Position numbers and translations under genes: made by a program
Part shown: one piece after another, positions 48,532 to 58,822 of the stretch
Position numbering within the stretch: the first letter of the stretch is position 1
Layout of the letters: each line of letters opens with the position of its first letter
Assembly: GCA_002398365.1 (NCBI GenBank)
Contig: DGYK01000063.1
Span: 460,813 to 524,812, forward strand
DNA length: 64,000 nucleotides
Origin: Flammeovirgaceae bacterium UBA5008
Lineage (GTDB): Bacteria > Bacteroidota > Bacteroidia > Cytophagales > Cyclobacteriaceae
Direction of reading: 5' to 3'
The notes under the pieces: model-generated
Told to the model about the DNA's origin: nothing
The model's database searches: none
The model's input: the letters and a program-made list of their open reading frames with translations, nothing else

Positions 48532-49584
48532 TCAAAACAAACTCAAGTTTCCACCTTTTCTAAACTTCGTCAAATCGTAAGCCGGCATACTTTTGTCTGC
48601 GAAATATTTTTTCTTGGAGGTGCGGAAGAGTTGATGGATCACATCGGCAATGTTTCCATCGCCTCGCATGCGCCTGCCAAACTGCGAATCATTTACGTTG
48701 CCTCCGTGCATGGAGCAGATTTGGTTCCACACTTTCTCAAAACGATCCGGAAAATTCTTTTGCAACCAATCTTCGAAAATTTTTCCAATCGCACCATTCA
48801 ATCTTACGATGGTCATCCCAGCATTGAGCGCACCGTGATCAGCCGCAGCTTTTAAGATGGCAGGTATTTCATGATGATTTAATCCGGGAATGATAGGCGC
48901 ATTCATAATCCCTACAGGAATGTTTGCTTTCGCTAATTCTTCCACCGTTTTCAATCGCTTGATGCCACTGGCTGTACGCGGCTCCATCGCTCTTCGCAAC
49001 TCTTCATTGAGTGTGGTGATGGAAATGTAAACATGTACCAGATTATCCGCAGCCAAATCTTGCAACAAATCAATATCACGAACCACCAATCCGTTTTTAG
49101 AAATGATGCTGACCGGGTGTCTATATTGTGCCATGACTTTTAGAATCTGGCGTGTAATGCCCCACTTTTTCTCCAAAGGCTGGTAGCAGTCGGTGTTACC
49201 GCTCAGCATGATCGGCACCGCATTCCACGATGGCTTCAGCAACTCTTGCTCGAGCAGGCGCGCGGCATTTTTCTTCACCACGATTTTACTTTCAAAGTCC
49301 AGGCCGGCACTGAAGCCGTAGTATTCGTGCGTGTTGCGGGCATAACAATAAATGCAACCATGTTCGCAGCCTTGATAGGGATTCATGGAATAGCCAAAGC
49401 CGAGATCAGGACTATCTACCCGATTCAGAATTTTTTTAGCATTCTCTTGAAATACTTGCGTGTGCGGATTTTCGAGTAATGGTTCATCCAGCCCTTCGAT
49501 GTGATCGGTAACGTAGTGCGATTTTAAAAACCGGTTTTCGCTTTTGATTTGTGCACCGCGCCCTTTAAAGTAATTGTCTTCCAC
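48532..49584 (-). CDS. radical SAM protein (PA0069-like family)
   Basis: The CEHGCIYCYA CxxxCxxC cluster motif lies near the N-terminus. The 350-aa length and overall layout fit the PA0069/SPL-related family. Confidence 0.8.
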   Translation of the reverse strand: MEDNYFKGRGAQIKSENRFLKSHYVTDHIEGLDEPLLENPHTQVFQENAKKILNRVDSPDLGFGYSMNPYQGCEHGCIYCYARNTHEYYGFSAGLDFESKIVVKKNAARLLEQELLKPSWNAVPIMLSGNTDCYQPLEKKWGITRQILKVMAQYRHPVSIISKNGLVVRDIDLLQDLAADNLVHVYISITTLNEELRRAMEPRTASGIKRLKTVEELAKANIPVGIMNAPIIPGLNHHEIPAILKAAADHGALNAGMTIVRLNGAIGKIFEDWLQKNFPDRFEKVWNQICSMHGGNVNDSQFGRRMRGDGNIADVIHQLFRTSKKKYFADKSMPAYDLTKFRKGGNLSLF

Positions 49585-49682
49585 ACCATAAAAATACTAA
49601 AATATTTAGCAATCGGATGAATAAACCCCATATTTTCAATGGAAACCTATTTACATTTGACTATTAATAGTCCAAATAACAG

Positions 49683-50573
49683 ATGGCTCATTCTCTTATC
49701 TATTCACCAACTCCGGTCATCGAACTGAAACCGGAAGGGATAAATGGTGTGCGTTTGTTGATAAAAAGAGAAGATTTGAATCACCCGTATGTTTCCGGTA
49801 ATAAGTGGTGGAAATTGAAATACAATCTGGAGCAGGCGCAGCGAGAAGGACACAACACCCTGTTGACTTTTGGCGGAGCCTATTCGAATCATTTATATGC
49901 AACTGCCGCAGCTGCACATGAGCTGGGCATGACGAGCATTGGTATTGTTCGGGGTGAACAGACTGAACCACTCAACCACACACTTTTTTTTGCTGAGTCA
50001 CATGGAATGAGCCTTCATTTTGTTTCGCGGGAAGCTTATCGAAAAAAGAATGAGCATGAATTCCTTCAATCAATCCGAAATCAATTTGGTGATGTGTACA
50101 TCATTCCGGAAGGCGGAACAAATGAATTGGCTGTGCGTGGCTGTGCAGAGTTTGCTAAAACATTGGAACAAGAAATTGATTTTGATTATCTCTGCTTGCC
50201 GATTGGCACGGGTGGAACGATGGCAGGAATGATCGAAGGATTATCGTCCAACAAAAAAGTGATTGGCTTTTCATCGTTGAAAGGTGGCGATTTTTTGAAG
50301 GATGAAATACAATCGCTTATTTCTGGTACCAAACTTAATTGGCAGGTAAATACAGATTTTCACTTCGAAGGTTATGGTAAAACCACTCCTGAATTGCTGA
50401 AATTTGTCGAAGACATGAAAAAGAACAATCAACTTCCATTGGATCGGGTTTACACAGCCAAAATGATGATGGGCGTTTGTAATTTAATTCGTCAAAATTA
50501 TTTTAAGCTAGGCTCCACAATTTTGGTATTACATACAGGTGGCTTGCAGGGAAATGGATTGATCAATTCGTAA
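49683..50573 (+). CDS. ACC deaminase / D-cysteine desulfhydrase-family PLP enzyme
   Basis: It has the SGNKWWKLKY PLP-lysine motif (GNKxRKL-type), GGAYSNH and a TGGT glycine loop. Confidence 0.8.
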   Translation: MAHSLIYSPTPVIELKPEGINGVRLLIKREDLNHPYVSGNKWWKLKYNLEQAQREGHNTLLTFGGAYSNHLYATAAAAHELGMTSIGIVRGEQTEPLNHTLFFAESHGMSLHFVSREAYRKKNEHEFLQSIRNQFGDVYIIPEGGTNELAVRGCAEFAKTLEQEIDFDYLCLPIGTGGTMAGMIEGLSSNKKVIGFSSLKGGDFLKDEIQSLISGTKLNWQVNTDFHFEGYGKTTPELLKFVEDMKKNNQLPLDRVYTAKMMMGVCNLIRQNYFKLGSTILVLHTGGLQGNGLINS

Positions 50574-50581
50574 AGGCAGCA

Positions 50582-51676
50582 ATGAAAAATTTGAAATACA
50601 TATGGTTTGTGTTTTTTCTTTCAAGGATAATTGTTGGCTCCGCACAATCCGATTCAACGCGTAGCCAAATAGCCTACTCCTTATCTTCCTCTTTCGGTAA
50701 TGTGATCGCCAATGCTAATGAATTGGAAAACAACTCGATCAGTCAAACGAATGGTTTTACCGCAGCCGTGCATTGGCAAAAAACGGATGCCACCACCTAC
50801 AATCTATTCGCTTGCTACCCACGACACTCGCTTTCGCTTACATATCAGCAATTTGAGAACAAGGTGCTCGGTGGAGGATTTATCCTGAACTATTCGTTGT
50901 CGCCTTATTTTGCATTGAGCAACCGAATTAGTTTGTATCCCGCTATTTCAGTTGGTATTTCGGCTCTATCAAATCCTTATTGTTTGAATTCAAACCCCAA
51001 CAACAAATTGTATAGTTTACCGGTGAGTGCGTTTCTCGCTCTAGGGGTAGGCGTTCGCTGGCAGTTGACTAAGCAACTAGCCGCACAAACAGCCGTGGCA
51101 TTTAATCATGTATCGAATGGCGGATGGAAAGATCCGAACAACGGTGTGAATTGGCCTGTGATAAGCGTAGGTGTAGAATATTCTCCTTCCCAGCTCACTT
51201 TGGAAAAACGCACGCGCATCAAATCGACCGAGCGCTTTCGTTCGCTGCGTGTGGATGCAGCTATTTTTGGATTGCTACGTTCGGGAATCATCTCTTCAAT
51301 TGAAAGAAACAAACCAGTGATAGGCTTACAATTGCTTGCGAGCAAGCAAACAACACGCATTCACGCTTGGACAATTGCGTTTGAGTTTTATCAGGATCAA
51401 CTTCTACAAGAGCAATTGAAATCCTATTCGATTGCATCGAATGGATTTCGTGCTGGCGCCATGGCCGGACATGAGTTTCTGCTGGGAAAATTTATTTTCA
51501 GTCAGCAGTTGGGTGTTTATCTAGCAGGCCGCAATGGAGCGGAATTACTCTATCATCGTTGGGGATGCACGTATTTTTTGAAGGATCGGTGGAGTGTGGG
51601 TGTGAACCTGAGAGCCTACAAAGCGGTGGCAGAATTTACAGATTTGCGTGTCAGTTATTCTCTATTCAAAAAATAG
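50582..51676 (+). CDS. PagL-like acyloxyacyl hydrolase / outer-membrane beta-barrel protein
   Basis: It has a signal peptide and alternating beta-strand patterns. The NHVSNGG motif resembles the His-x-Ser-Asn-Gly catalytic motif of lipid A deacylase PagL. Confidence 0.55.
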   Translation: MKNLKYIWFVFFLSRIIVGSAQSDSTRSQIAYSLSSSFGNVIANANELENNSISQTNGFTAAVHWQKTDATTYNLFACYPRHSLSLTYQQFENKVLGGGFILNYSLSPYFALSNRISLYPAISVGISALSNPYCLNSNPNNKLYSLPVSAFLALGVGVRWQLTKQLAAQTAVAFNHVSNGGWKDPNNGVNWPVISVGVEYSPSQLTLEKRTRIKSTERFRSLRVDAAIFGLLRSGIISSIERNKPVIGLQLLASKQTTRIHAWTIAFEFYQDQLLQEQLKSYSIASNGFRAGAMAGHEFLLGKFIFSQQLGVYLAGRNGAELLYHRWGCTYFLKDRWSVGVNLRAYKAVAEFTDLRVSYSLFKK

Positions 51677-51677
51677 C

Positions 51678-52424
51678 TTACGCTTCAACTTTTGCTCTGC
51701 GCAACTGGAAGTTTTGCCCCAAATAAACTTTGCGCACCAGCGGATCATCAGCCAACTCTTGCGCGGTGCCTGCTTTAAACAATTTACCTTCCACCATCAG
51801 GTACGCGCGATCAGTAATGGCTAGCGTTTCGTCTACGTTATGATCGCTGATTAAAATGCCGATGTCTTTCTTTTTAAGTTTCGCCACAATGCCTTGAATC
51901 TCTTCCACGGCAATCGGGTCTACACCGGCAAAAGGCTCATCCAACAAAACAAACTTCGGATCGACTGCTAGTGCCCGAGCGATCTCTGTTCTTCTTCGCT
52001 CGCCACCGGAAAGCACCATCCCTAAATTTTTGCGCACGTGTGTTAAGCTGAATTCTTCCAGCAACGATTCTACTTTTTCTTTTCGTGCAGCTTTCGACAT
52101 CTCACGCATCTCTAAAGGTGCCAAAATATTTTCCTCTACCGAAAGTGAACGAAATACGGAGGCTTCTTGTGCCAAATAGCCAATCCCTCGCTTCGCGCGC
52201 TGATACATGGGCAATTCGGTAATGTCTTCCTGATCTAAAAAAATATTTCCACCATTGGGTTTGATCAAGCCAACCGTCATATAAAACGTTGTGGTTTTAC
52301 CGGCACCATTGGGACCAAGTAGCCCAACAATTTCTCCCTGACCTACCTGCACAGAAACGTTGTTCACCACGGTTCGCTTCTTATACTTTTTAATCAAATT
52401 GTCAGCTCGTAAAATCATAATCAA
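51678..52424 (-). CDS. lptB: LPS export ABC transporter ATP-binding protein
   Basis: It has [17 protein letters not shown] and LLDEPFAG and ends in a typical LptB C-terminal extension. The TTG at 52424 overlaps the recJ stop by 4 nt, and an ATG at 52418 is an alternative start. Confidence 0.9.
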   Translation of the reverse strand: MIMILRADNLIKKYKKRTVVNNVSVQVGQGEIVGLLGPNGAGKTTTFYMTVGLIKPNGGNIFLDQEDITELPMYQRAKRGIGYLAQEASVFRSLSVEENILAPLEMREMSKAARKEKVESLLEEFSLTHVRKNLGMVLSGGERRRTEIARALAVDPKFVLLDEPFAGVDPIAVEEIQGIVAKLKKKDIGILISDHNVDETLAITDRAYLMVEGKLFKAGTAQELADDPLVRKVYLGQNFQLRRAKVEA

Positions 52425-54121
52425 TCAAATTTTAAATCCTTTATTCGTGCTTGCAATGTAGTAATGCCGTTGAAGGTATTTTCTTCTAATGTATAGGCCA
52501 TTTTAAATGATTGTCCACTCGCCAAACGATCGTAGTGCTCGATCAAATCAAAACCTACGGCATTGAAAACCCTATCATTTCCTTCTTGTCCTGCCAGAAA
52601 GCGTACGTGCCGCTCTTTAAATCCCGAAAGGTTATTTTTTACAAATACTCGATCCGTTTCAAACATAGGTCGTTGGTTTTCCGGGCCAAACGGAGCCATC
52701 TGTTTGACCACATTATTAAACTTAGAAGTAATATTGTCAAAGTCAACCACCACATCAATTTCGACTACTGGGGTTTGCATTTCTTCTGTTATATTTTCAG
52801 CTACGACTTTTTCAAATCGTTGCTGAAATGCCGCCAGGTTACTTTTATCAAGCGTAAGTCCGGCTGCGTATTTATGCCCACCGAATTTTTCTAACAGATC
52901 ACTGCAGGCGTAAATGGCTTCATATAAATCAAAATCCTTTACGCTGCGCGCGGAACCGGTTATTTTATCGTTTGACTCGGTTAAGATCACGGTAGGTCGA
53001 TAATATTTCTCTACACATCTAGCAGCAACTATGCCAATTACTCCTTTATGCCAAGTATTTTTAAAAAGAACGGTCGATTTTGCATTTTTTAGTTCTTCGC
53101 TGCCTTCAATCATCGCGATGGCCTCTTCGGTAATGCTCAAATCAAACTCTCTCCGGATGTCATTTTTGAGGTTCACTTTTTCAGCACAAGCCAAAGCTTC
53201 TTCCTCTGTGGAGGCAATCAGCAATTCTACCGCGGCTCGTGCATGTGCCACCCGACCGGCTGCATTGATGCGTGGCCCGAGGGTAAATACAATACCGGAA
53301 ATATCTAAGTCGGTTTTCGTGCCGGCAATGTCTTTAAGGGCCTTTAGTCCCGGCAACGGATTCTGATTGAGCTTTTGTAAACCAAAATGCGCCAACACTC
53401 TATTTTCATCCGTAATGGGAACAATATCTGATGCAATGCTTACCACCACTAAATCGAGGTAGTCATACAACTCCTCTTCATGACGATACGTACGAGCGAA
53501 TGCTTGCATGAGTTTAAAGCCCAGACCGCAACCACTTAGTTCCTTGAATGGATAATCGCAGTCACTACGCTTGGGGTCTAGCACAGCAACAGCATGTGGA
53601 ATGGAAGCGCCCGGCAAATGGTGATCGCAAATAATAAAATCGATGTTTTTAGAAGTAGCCAGCGTTACTGCATCAATGGCTTTTACACCTAGGTCAAGCG
53701 CGATGATCAAACTAAATCCATTTTCTTCTGCCCATTTGATACCTGCTTCAGATACACCATACCCCTCGGCATACCGATCAGGAATGTAAAAATCGCAATG
53801 CGGATAAAAACTTTTTAGATAACTGTATACGAGTGCTACGGCTGTGGTGCCATCCACATCGTAATCACCATAGATGAGAATTTTCTCATTGCTGTTAATG
53901 GCTTTCTTCAGGCGGTCGATAGCTGCCGCCATATCCTTCATGAGAAATGGATCGTGTAAGTGTGAAAGCGAAGGACGAAAGAACTTCTTAGCCGATTCAA
54001 ACTCGGTAATGCCACGTTGCCATAATATAGTAGCAATATATTTATTGACATTGATGCTGGTGCTGAGTGCCGAAACCGAGTCGTCTGTCGGGAGACTTTT
54101 GTATACCCACCTTTTATGCAT
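52421..54121 (-). CDS. recJ: single-stranded-DNA-specific exonuclease RecJ
   Basis: The DHH-family motifs are [11 protein letters not shown] and CDHH, with a DHHA1 GGH motif (FGGHKYAAG). The length is 566 aa. Confidence 0.95.
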   Translation of the reverse strand: MHKRWVYKSLPTDDSVSALSTSINVNKYIATILWQRGITEFESAKKFFRPSLSHLHDPFLMKDMAAAIDRLKKAINSNEKILIYGDYDVDGTTAVALVYSYLKSFYPHCDFYIPDRYAEGYGVSEAGIKWAEENGFSLIIALDLGVKAIDAVTLATSKNIDFIICDHHLPGASIPHAVAVLDPKRSDCDYPFKELSGCGLGFKLMQAFARTYRHEEELYDYLDLVVVSIASDIVPITDENRVLAHFGLQKLNQNPLPGLKALKDIAGTKTDLDISGIVFTLGPRINAAGRVAHARAAVELLIASTEEEALACAEKVNLKNDIRREFDLSITEEAIAMIEGSEELKNAKSTVLFKNTWHKGVIGIVAARCVEKYYRPTVILTESNDKITGSARSVKDFDLYEAIYACSDLLEKFGGHKYAAGLTLDKSNLAAFQQRFEKVVAENITEEMQTPVVEIDVVVDFDNITSKFNNVVKQMAPFGPENQRPMFETDRVFVKNNLSGFKERHVRFLAGQEGNDRVFNAVGFDLIEHYDRLASGQSFKMAYTLEENTFNGITTLQARIKDLKFD

Positions 54122-54123
54122 CT

Positions 54124-54906
54124 TTAACTTTTTTCCAATGTAACAATCCCTGTTTTGCCGGCTCTTCCTTGTTGTCCGGCCACCCCACGTGCGCCATTTT
54201 TTCCATCTTGTTTACTTCCCAGGCCAGCTCTTCCTCCATTTCCGACATCGCCTCCGTTTCCGGCAAACCCACCATAGTTTTTTATGAACAACTGATGGCC
54301 TTGTAATAAATGAAGATCCTGACAGCTTTTACAATTTAACAACACGTTTCCACCATCTCCGCCATCACTCCCATTTCCACCATTTCCACCTTTCCCTCCA
54401 TTTCCACCACGGCATACACGTGTGCCACTACCACCATCGCCACCGCGGCCCCCTCCTCCTCCATCACCACCATCACCACCGTTTACATCAATGGTTAAGG
54501 TCCCATTAATTTTTAATGTTCCTACGTAGAGAGACAGATTCAAACCGTTTTTGGCAGACTCACCATTTCCACCATTCAACGCATCTTCCCCATTTCGGCA
54601 AGGCGCATTTTGATTGGCACCGGCAGCGCCTGTGGCCCCCTTTTTTCCATTCAACCCTCTCCCTATTATTATACTTCCTTTGCCAGCAATCAACACTTTG
54701 GCGTTGATGATGTTGTTTTCAATTTCCGGATTGAGGTAAATCCGGGCTGAGTCGCGCATGATTAAAGTATCTACTACCAAAATATCAGAGCCAATAATTT
54801 TATACGATTGTCGATAGCTGATTTCTAATTTTTCCAAGCGAATCTGTGAGAACGAGGGGATACAAATAATCCACAGAAGTACGCTACAGGGGAGAATTTT
54901 CGTCAT
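54124..54906 (-). CDS. secreted glycine-rich protein with GGxGG and short collagen-like (GXY) runs
   Basis: The ATG at 54906 gives MTKILPCSVLLWIICIPSFSQ, a signal peptide; a TTG at 54912 is also possible. The body alternates short beta-like segments with GGDGGDGGGGGRGGDGGSG and GGNGGKGGNGGNGSDGGDGG runs. GXY runs are also present (GKKGATGAAGAN and GKNGARGVAGQQGRAGKTG). The stop lies 2 nt from the recJ start codon. Confidence 0.55.
   Translation of the reverse strand: MTKILPCSVLLWIICIPSFSQIRLEKLEISYRQSYKIIGSDILVVDTLIMRDSARIYLNPEIENNIINAKVLIAGKGSIIIGRGLNGKKGATGAAGANQNAPCRNGEDALNGGNGESAKNGLNLSLYVGTLKINGTLTIDVNGGDGGDGGGGGRGGDGGSGTRVCRGGNGGKGGNGGNGSDGGDGGNVLLNCKSCQDLHLLQGHQLFIKNYGGFAGNGGDVGNGGRAGLGSKQDGKNGARGVAGQQGRAGKTGIVTLEKS
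54371..54406. repeat. in-frame 9-nt tandem repeat (CCATTTCCA x3 plus one variant CCTTTCCCT) inside the Gly-rich gene
   Basis: Direct reading shows units at 54371-79, 54380-88 and 54398-406 that are identical. The unit at 54389-97 differs at 3 positions. The repeat encodes GGNGGKGGNGGN on the minus strand. A second short repeat, CCATCACCA x2, lies at 54461-54478. Confidence 0.8.
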
Positions 54907-54970
54907 GTACAAAAGTAAGGATGAGAAGCTTCATTCACACGCATTCAAGTCGATTACTATGCAGTGTGAT

Positions 54971-55000
54971 AAAATAAAAAAAGGCAGCATTCGCTACCTT
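54971..55000 (-). terminator. rho-independent terminator downstream of the SPOR-like gene
   Basis: The minus strand reads AAGGTAGC-GAAT-GCTGCCTT followed by TTTTTATTTT. That is an 8-bp stem with one G-U pair, a 4-nt loop and a T-tract, about 22 nt after the stop at 55023. Confidence 0.65.
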
Positions 55001-55022
55001 TTAGTGAATTCATTTGAATCCT

Positions 55023-55643
55023 TTATTTTTTGTCAGCTACCACGCCTTCTAGTACGTCTTTAATTTCAACGCGTTGACCATCTTTAAAGGGTACAATCCA
55101 GGCATCTTTCACACCCATATCGCGCATATATTTTTTGAATTTGTCGGCTTCCCAATAATCGCGGAAAACGCCAATGGTAAAGCGTTGCTCACCTTTGTCG
55201 GTTGCTTCGCCACCAAAGTTCGGATTGTTATCAAAATACTTAGCGAGGTCTTTATTTTTGAAGGCACCAATTTGCACTTTGAAAACAACACCTTTCGAGA
55301 AATCCATTGGATTGATAGGAGGAGCTTCTTTTAGTTGAGCCAATTCGGCTTTGGTAGAAGTAAGCTCGCTTCTCATTTTAGCGATTTGATCTTCTAGTTC
55401 AGCGATTTTAGCACTCTTGTTGCTTACATCATTATTAAGGCTACTGATCTGACCTTTCAATGCACTATTGTCATTTTCAACCACTTGCTTGGTTTCTACC
55501 AAGGTTTTGAGGTTAGCAGGATTTTTGGCGAACTCTTTGGCTTTCTTTTTCCATTCTTTCTTCTCCTTTTTAGAGAGTTGAGCGAAAACTTGCGTGCCGG
55601 AAAAAATCAGTGCCAGGCAGAGGAATAAAACTCTAGTTTTCAT
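55023..55643 (-). CDS. secreted coiled-coil protein with C-terminal SPOR-like domain
   Basis: It has a signal peptide (SGTQVFAQ) and a Lys/Glu-rich coiled-coil segment. The C-terminus VVFKVQIGAFKNKDLAKYF...FTIGVFRDYWEADKFKKYMRDMGVKDAWIVPF fits the SPOR pattern. Confidence 0.55.
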   Translation of the reverse strand: MKTRVLFLCLALIFSGTQVFAQLSKKEKKEWKKKAKEFAKNPANLKTLVETKQVVENDNSALKGQISSLNNDVSNKSAKIAELEDQIAKMRSELTSTKAELAQLKEAPPINPMDFSKGVVFKVQIGAFKNKDLAKYFDNNPNFGGEATDKGEQRFTIGVFRDYWEADKFKKYMRDMGVKDAWIVPFKDGQRVEIKDVLEGVVADKK

Positions 55644-55689
55644 AGTCGGTAGTTTTGTTTAAAGGTTAAAAGTAAGAAATATTTGGGAA

Positions 55690-56241
55690 TCATCTTAATT
55701 CAATCGGCACGATCACTTGTGTTTCATCCCATTCAAAATAAAGATTCAGCTTTGCATCCGCCTCAGCCATAGCGATTGTGAATTGTTCGGTCGTAGTTTT
55801 CAATTTTTGTACGGGAACATCTGTGATCAACACATCGGCTCTTTTATTGTGATATACTTCGTTTGTTTGCAGATTAATGCCCCAGCCTGGAATATCTGAA
55901 TTAAAGATGATGGTCCAGTGGTCTTTGTGCGGGATCGTCAGCAGTTGATAGCGACCAGACTGAAGTAATTTACCGTTGATGTGTATGTCTTCATCGGTAG
56001 AAAAAACGGTAGCTTCATTGGCACCTGTTCGCCACAACCGATCGAATGGAACGAGTCCGCCAAAAATTAATCTTCCTCTTTTGTATGGTCTGCTGTAGAA
56101 AACAGCAAGTTGGTGTTCACCACTTTCGTACACCACTTTACCTTCGGGGCTCAATGCTTTATCCTGACTACGAAAGTACATCGGAATGATCATCACACCG
56201 GCCGCCACGATGATCCCGATAATAAGTAGGATCTTTTTCAC
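55690..56241 (-). CDS. DUF2911-like protein, N-terminally anchored
   Basis: An N-terminal TM segment is followed by VFYSRPYKRGRLIFGGLVPFDRLWRTGANEATVF, which matches the DUF2911 family as I recall it. Confidence 0.6.
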   Translation of the reverse strand: MKKILLIIGIIVAAGVMIIPMYFRSQDKALSPEGKVVYESGEHQLAVFYSRPYKRGRLIFGGLVPFDRLWRTGANEATVFSTDEDIHINGKLLQSGRYQLLTIPHKDHWTIIFNSDIPGWGINLQTNEVYHNKRADVLITDVPVQKLKTTTEQFTIAMAEADAKLNLYFEWDETQVIVPIELR

Positions 56242-56247
56242 CTCTCT

Positions 56248-57570
56248 TTATTTGTAGCGCTTTCCTTTTTTGATCACCATCTTCACGTCTTGTAATAGCG
56301 CCATGTGTCGTAGCACATCACCTTTCACCGCAATGATGTCAGCAAACTTTCCTTCGGCAATGGTTCCATAATCTTTTTCTACGCCCATCATTACAGCCGG
56401 CCAATAGGTGGCCGCACGAATGGTGTACATCGGGTCGAATCCAAATTTGTTCACCCATACATCTAATTCGTTCCAGGTACTTTGGCTGTGAAACTTCATA
56501 GGAATCCCACTATCGGTGCCAATCAACAAAACCACACCGGCTTCTTTTAATTGCTTTATTTTCTTTTCCAGCGTAGGCTTGCGAATCGGGTTCAGTGCAA
56601 AATAGCCCATCCGATTCGGATGTTTGATGGATCTTTTAATGTCAGCAATGATGGAATCGGGTAACCCCAAATGCCAACTGGTATTGTCAAGTGCTTCGGG
56701 GTTGTCGCGCATGTATTCGTAATTGTAGAGTCCCTCAACAGTAGGTGTCCAGAAAAGAGGACCAAGATTCATTTTGGCGGTGCGCTCTTTTATCGTCATC
56801 ATAATATCTTCCGGATACTCGGGTGCTGCTGCTAATCCGGTATGTTCAAAATTATCTACACCCGCTTTCATTCCTCTGCGAATTTCATCAGGACGATGTG
56901 AATGGGCGACCACTTTTAATTTGTTTTTATGGGCTTCATCCACCACCGCCATGTATTCGGCTTCGGTCATCTCATCTTGGTCAATTAATTTAATGCAATT
57001 GACGCCCGCTTTGGCCAACTGTTTTACTTTGGCGCGTGCATCTTCCGGCCCTTTCACGCCCCAGCGAAATTCCGCTGTGCCTGCATAGGGTTCATGTTGA
57101 ATAAACGGGCCACTCATGTACATCGTAGGCCCCGGAATTTCACCTTTATTGATACGATCACGTACCGATAAACTGGGCTCTAGTGGTCCGCCTAAATCGC
57201 GGGCACTGGTTACGCCAGCCATCAACAGCTGATGTGCCGATGAAGGCATGATCACATCTTTCGCTAACTTCAAATACGTTTTATCCCAATGCGTGTAATC
57301 GCTGTGGCCGTTAATCATCAGATGGACGTGCATATCCCACAAGCCGGGCATTACACTCATACCTTCCGTAGAAATGATTTCTGCATTTGCCGGAATTTCA
57401 AGCTGCCCTATTTGTCCGATAGCTTTGATTCGCTCATTCTCGATGATGATGATGGAATTGGGAATGGGCTTTCCTCCGTAGCCGTCAATGAGCGTGCCAC
57501 CCACCAGTGCTTTGGTTTGAGCAAAAACGGATGAAGAAACAAAAAGCAGAAGCAAAAAAATTCGGTTCAT
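56248..57570 (-). CDS. secreted metal-dependent amidohydrolase-family protein
   Basis: It has a signal peptide (SSSVFAQT) and an N-terminal HVH metal motif (LWDMHVHLM). The later His and Asp positions (VVAHSH, GTDSG) are typical of the amidohydrolase superfamily. Confidence 0.8.
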   Translation of the reverse strand: MNRIFLLLLFVSSSVFAQTKALVGGTLIDGYGGKPIPNSIIIIENERIKAIGQIGQLEIPANAEIISTEGMSVMPGLWDMHVHLMINGHSDYTHWDKTYLKLAKDVIMPSSAHQLLMAGVTSARDLGGPLEPSLSVRDRINKGEIPGPTMYMSGPFIQHEPYAGTAEFRWGVKGPEDARAKVKQLAKAGVNCIKLIDQDEMTEAEYMAVVDEAHKNKLKVVAHSHRPDEIRRGMKAGVDNFEHTGLAAAPEYPEDIMMTIKERTAKMNLGPLFWTPTVEGLYNYEYMRDNPEALDNTSWHLGLPDSIIADIKRSIKHPNRMGYFALNPIRKPTLEKKIKQLKEAGVVLLIGTDSGIPMKFHSQSTWNELDVWVNKFGFDPMYTIRAATYWPAVMMGVEKDYGTIAEGKFADIIAVKGDVLRHMALLQDVKMVIKKGKRYK

Positions 57571-57596
57571 AGCAATCGGGTTCAGTTCATGAATTA

Positions 57597-58787
57597 TTAA
57601 GAAAGCAAACGCTCCTCAATCTTCCCTGTCTTCTTATTCTTCAATATCAACTTCTTCGCGCCATAGTGCGTCATTTCTTCTTTTACCAGATAATGATCTG
57701 CATCGTACGATTGCAAGTGTGCATCTTTATTCACACCTACTCGTCCGCGCCAAATGTCGAGTTTCACCGGCTCCCATTGTTTGCTTTTAGCAGAACGGTA
57801 CGCTGCATCCAAAATGGAGTTGACCACATAGCCATCGTAAAATGTTTCTTTGGGTTGTGTTTTGTTTTCGAGGGCATTGAACATATCCATGAACATGTGG
57901 TTGTAGCCCAATTCGTTTAATTCATCTCCTACCGGAAATAACCAACCCGAATTGCTCTCGGCTTTTTCTGCTACATAGTCCGCACCTTTGCCGGTGGTAA
58001 ACATTTCAAAGCCGGTGCGCAAAAAACTGTTCGTCCAAATCGTTCCTTCAGTGCCCATCACTTCGTCACGCAAGTCGAGCCCGCCACGGAATGTCCAGCT
58101 CACTTCAAACTGACCGATCGCACCATTTTCATATTTCACCAATCCGATGGCGTGGTCTTCGGCATCGATGGGTTTTACTTGTGTATCGGCCCAACACATC
58201 ACCTCCACCGGCTTAATATCTTTACCTATGTAGCTGCGTGCGATCTCAACACAGTGGCATCCTAAATCCAGAATACATCCGCCACCCGCTTGTTCAATAT
58301 CCCAAAACCAATCGCTGTGTGGGCCCGGGTGTGTCTCGCGTGATTTTGCCCACAGAATTCTGCCCAACGCTCCGTTCTTCACACTCTCATGCGCTTTGAT
58401 AAACTTGGGTGTGTACACCAGGTCTTCCAGGTAGCCATTGAAGATGCCCGCTTTTTCAACCGCTTCCAGCATGCGCTTGGCTTCCTCGGCATTGCGACCC
58501 AGTGGCTTAGTGGTGATCACCGCTTTTTTGTGTTTGCAGCAGAGCATCACGGCCTCTTCATGCAAATGATTGGGCAGTGAAATACAAACAATATCTACCT
58601 CTGGCCGATTGATCGCATCTTCTAAAACAGTAGTAGCAAAAGCTACTTTATAATCGGCTGCAAATTTTTTGGCGCTCTCTTCCTTGCGGGAATAGATCGA
58701 AACAATTTTATCTTTATTGCGATAGCCCTGAATGGAGTCAGCATAGAACCGACCAATAAATCCGGAGCCGAGCATGGCAATATTCAT
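57597..58787 (-). CDS. Gfo/Idh/MocA-family oxidoreductase
   Basis: It has an N-terminal Rossmann motif (MNIAMLGSGFIGRFYA), an EKP-like motif (TTKPL) and the C-terminal alpha/beta domain typical of the family. Confidence 0.85.
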   Translation of the reverse strand: MNIAMLGSGFIGRFYADSIQGYRNKDKIVSIYSRKEESAKKFAADYKVAFATTVLEDAINRPEVDIVCISLPNHLHEEAVMLCCKHKKAVITTKPLGRNAEEAKRMLEAVEKAGIFNGYLEDLVYTPKFIKAHESVKNGALGRILWAKSRETHPGPHSDWFWDIEQAGGGCILDLGCHCVEIARSYIGKDIKPVEVMCWADTQVKPIDAEDHAIGLVKYENGAIGQFEVSWTFRGGLDLRDEVMGTEGTIWTNSFLRTGFEMFTTGKGADYVAEKAESNSGWLFPVGDELNELGYNHMFMDMFNALENKTQPKETFYDGYVVNSILDAAYRSAKSKQWEPVKLDIWRGRVGVNKDAHLQSYDADHYLVKEEMTHYGAKKLILKNKKTGKIEERLLS

Positions 58788-58822
58788 AGAGAAGACAGGG
58801 TTTTAAAATTTTGTTTAATTGA

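Noticed and set aside
54124-54906. Gly-rich protein as a true bacterial collagen or a PE_PGRS-type protein
   Set aside because: The uninterrupted GXY runs are only 4 and 6 triplets, too short for a stable collagen triple helix. Similarity to PE_PGRS is compositional only, and there is no PE domain.
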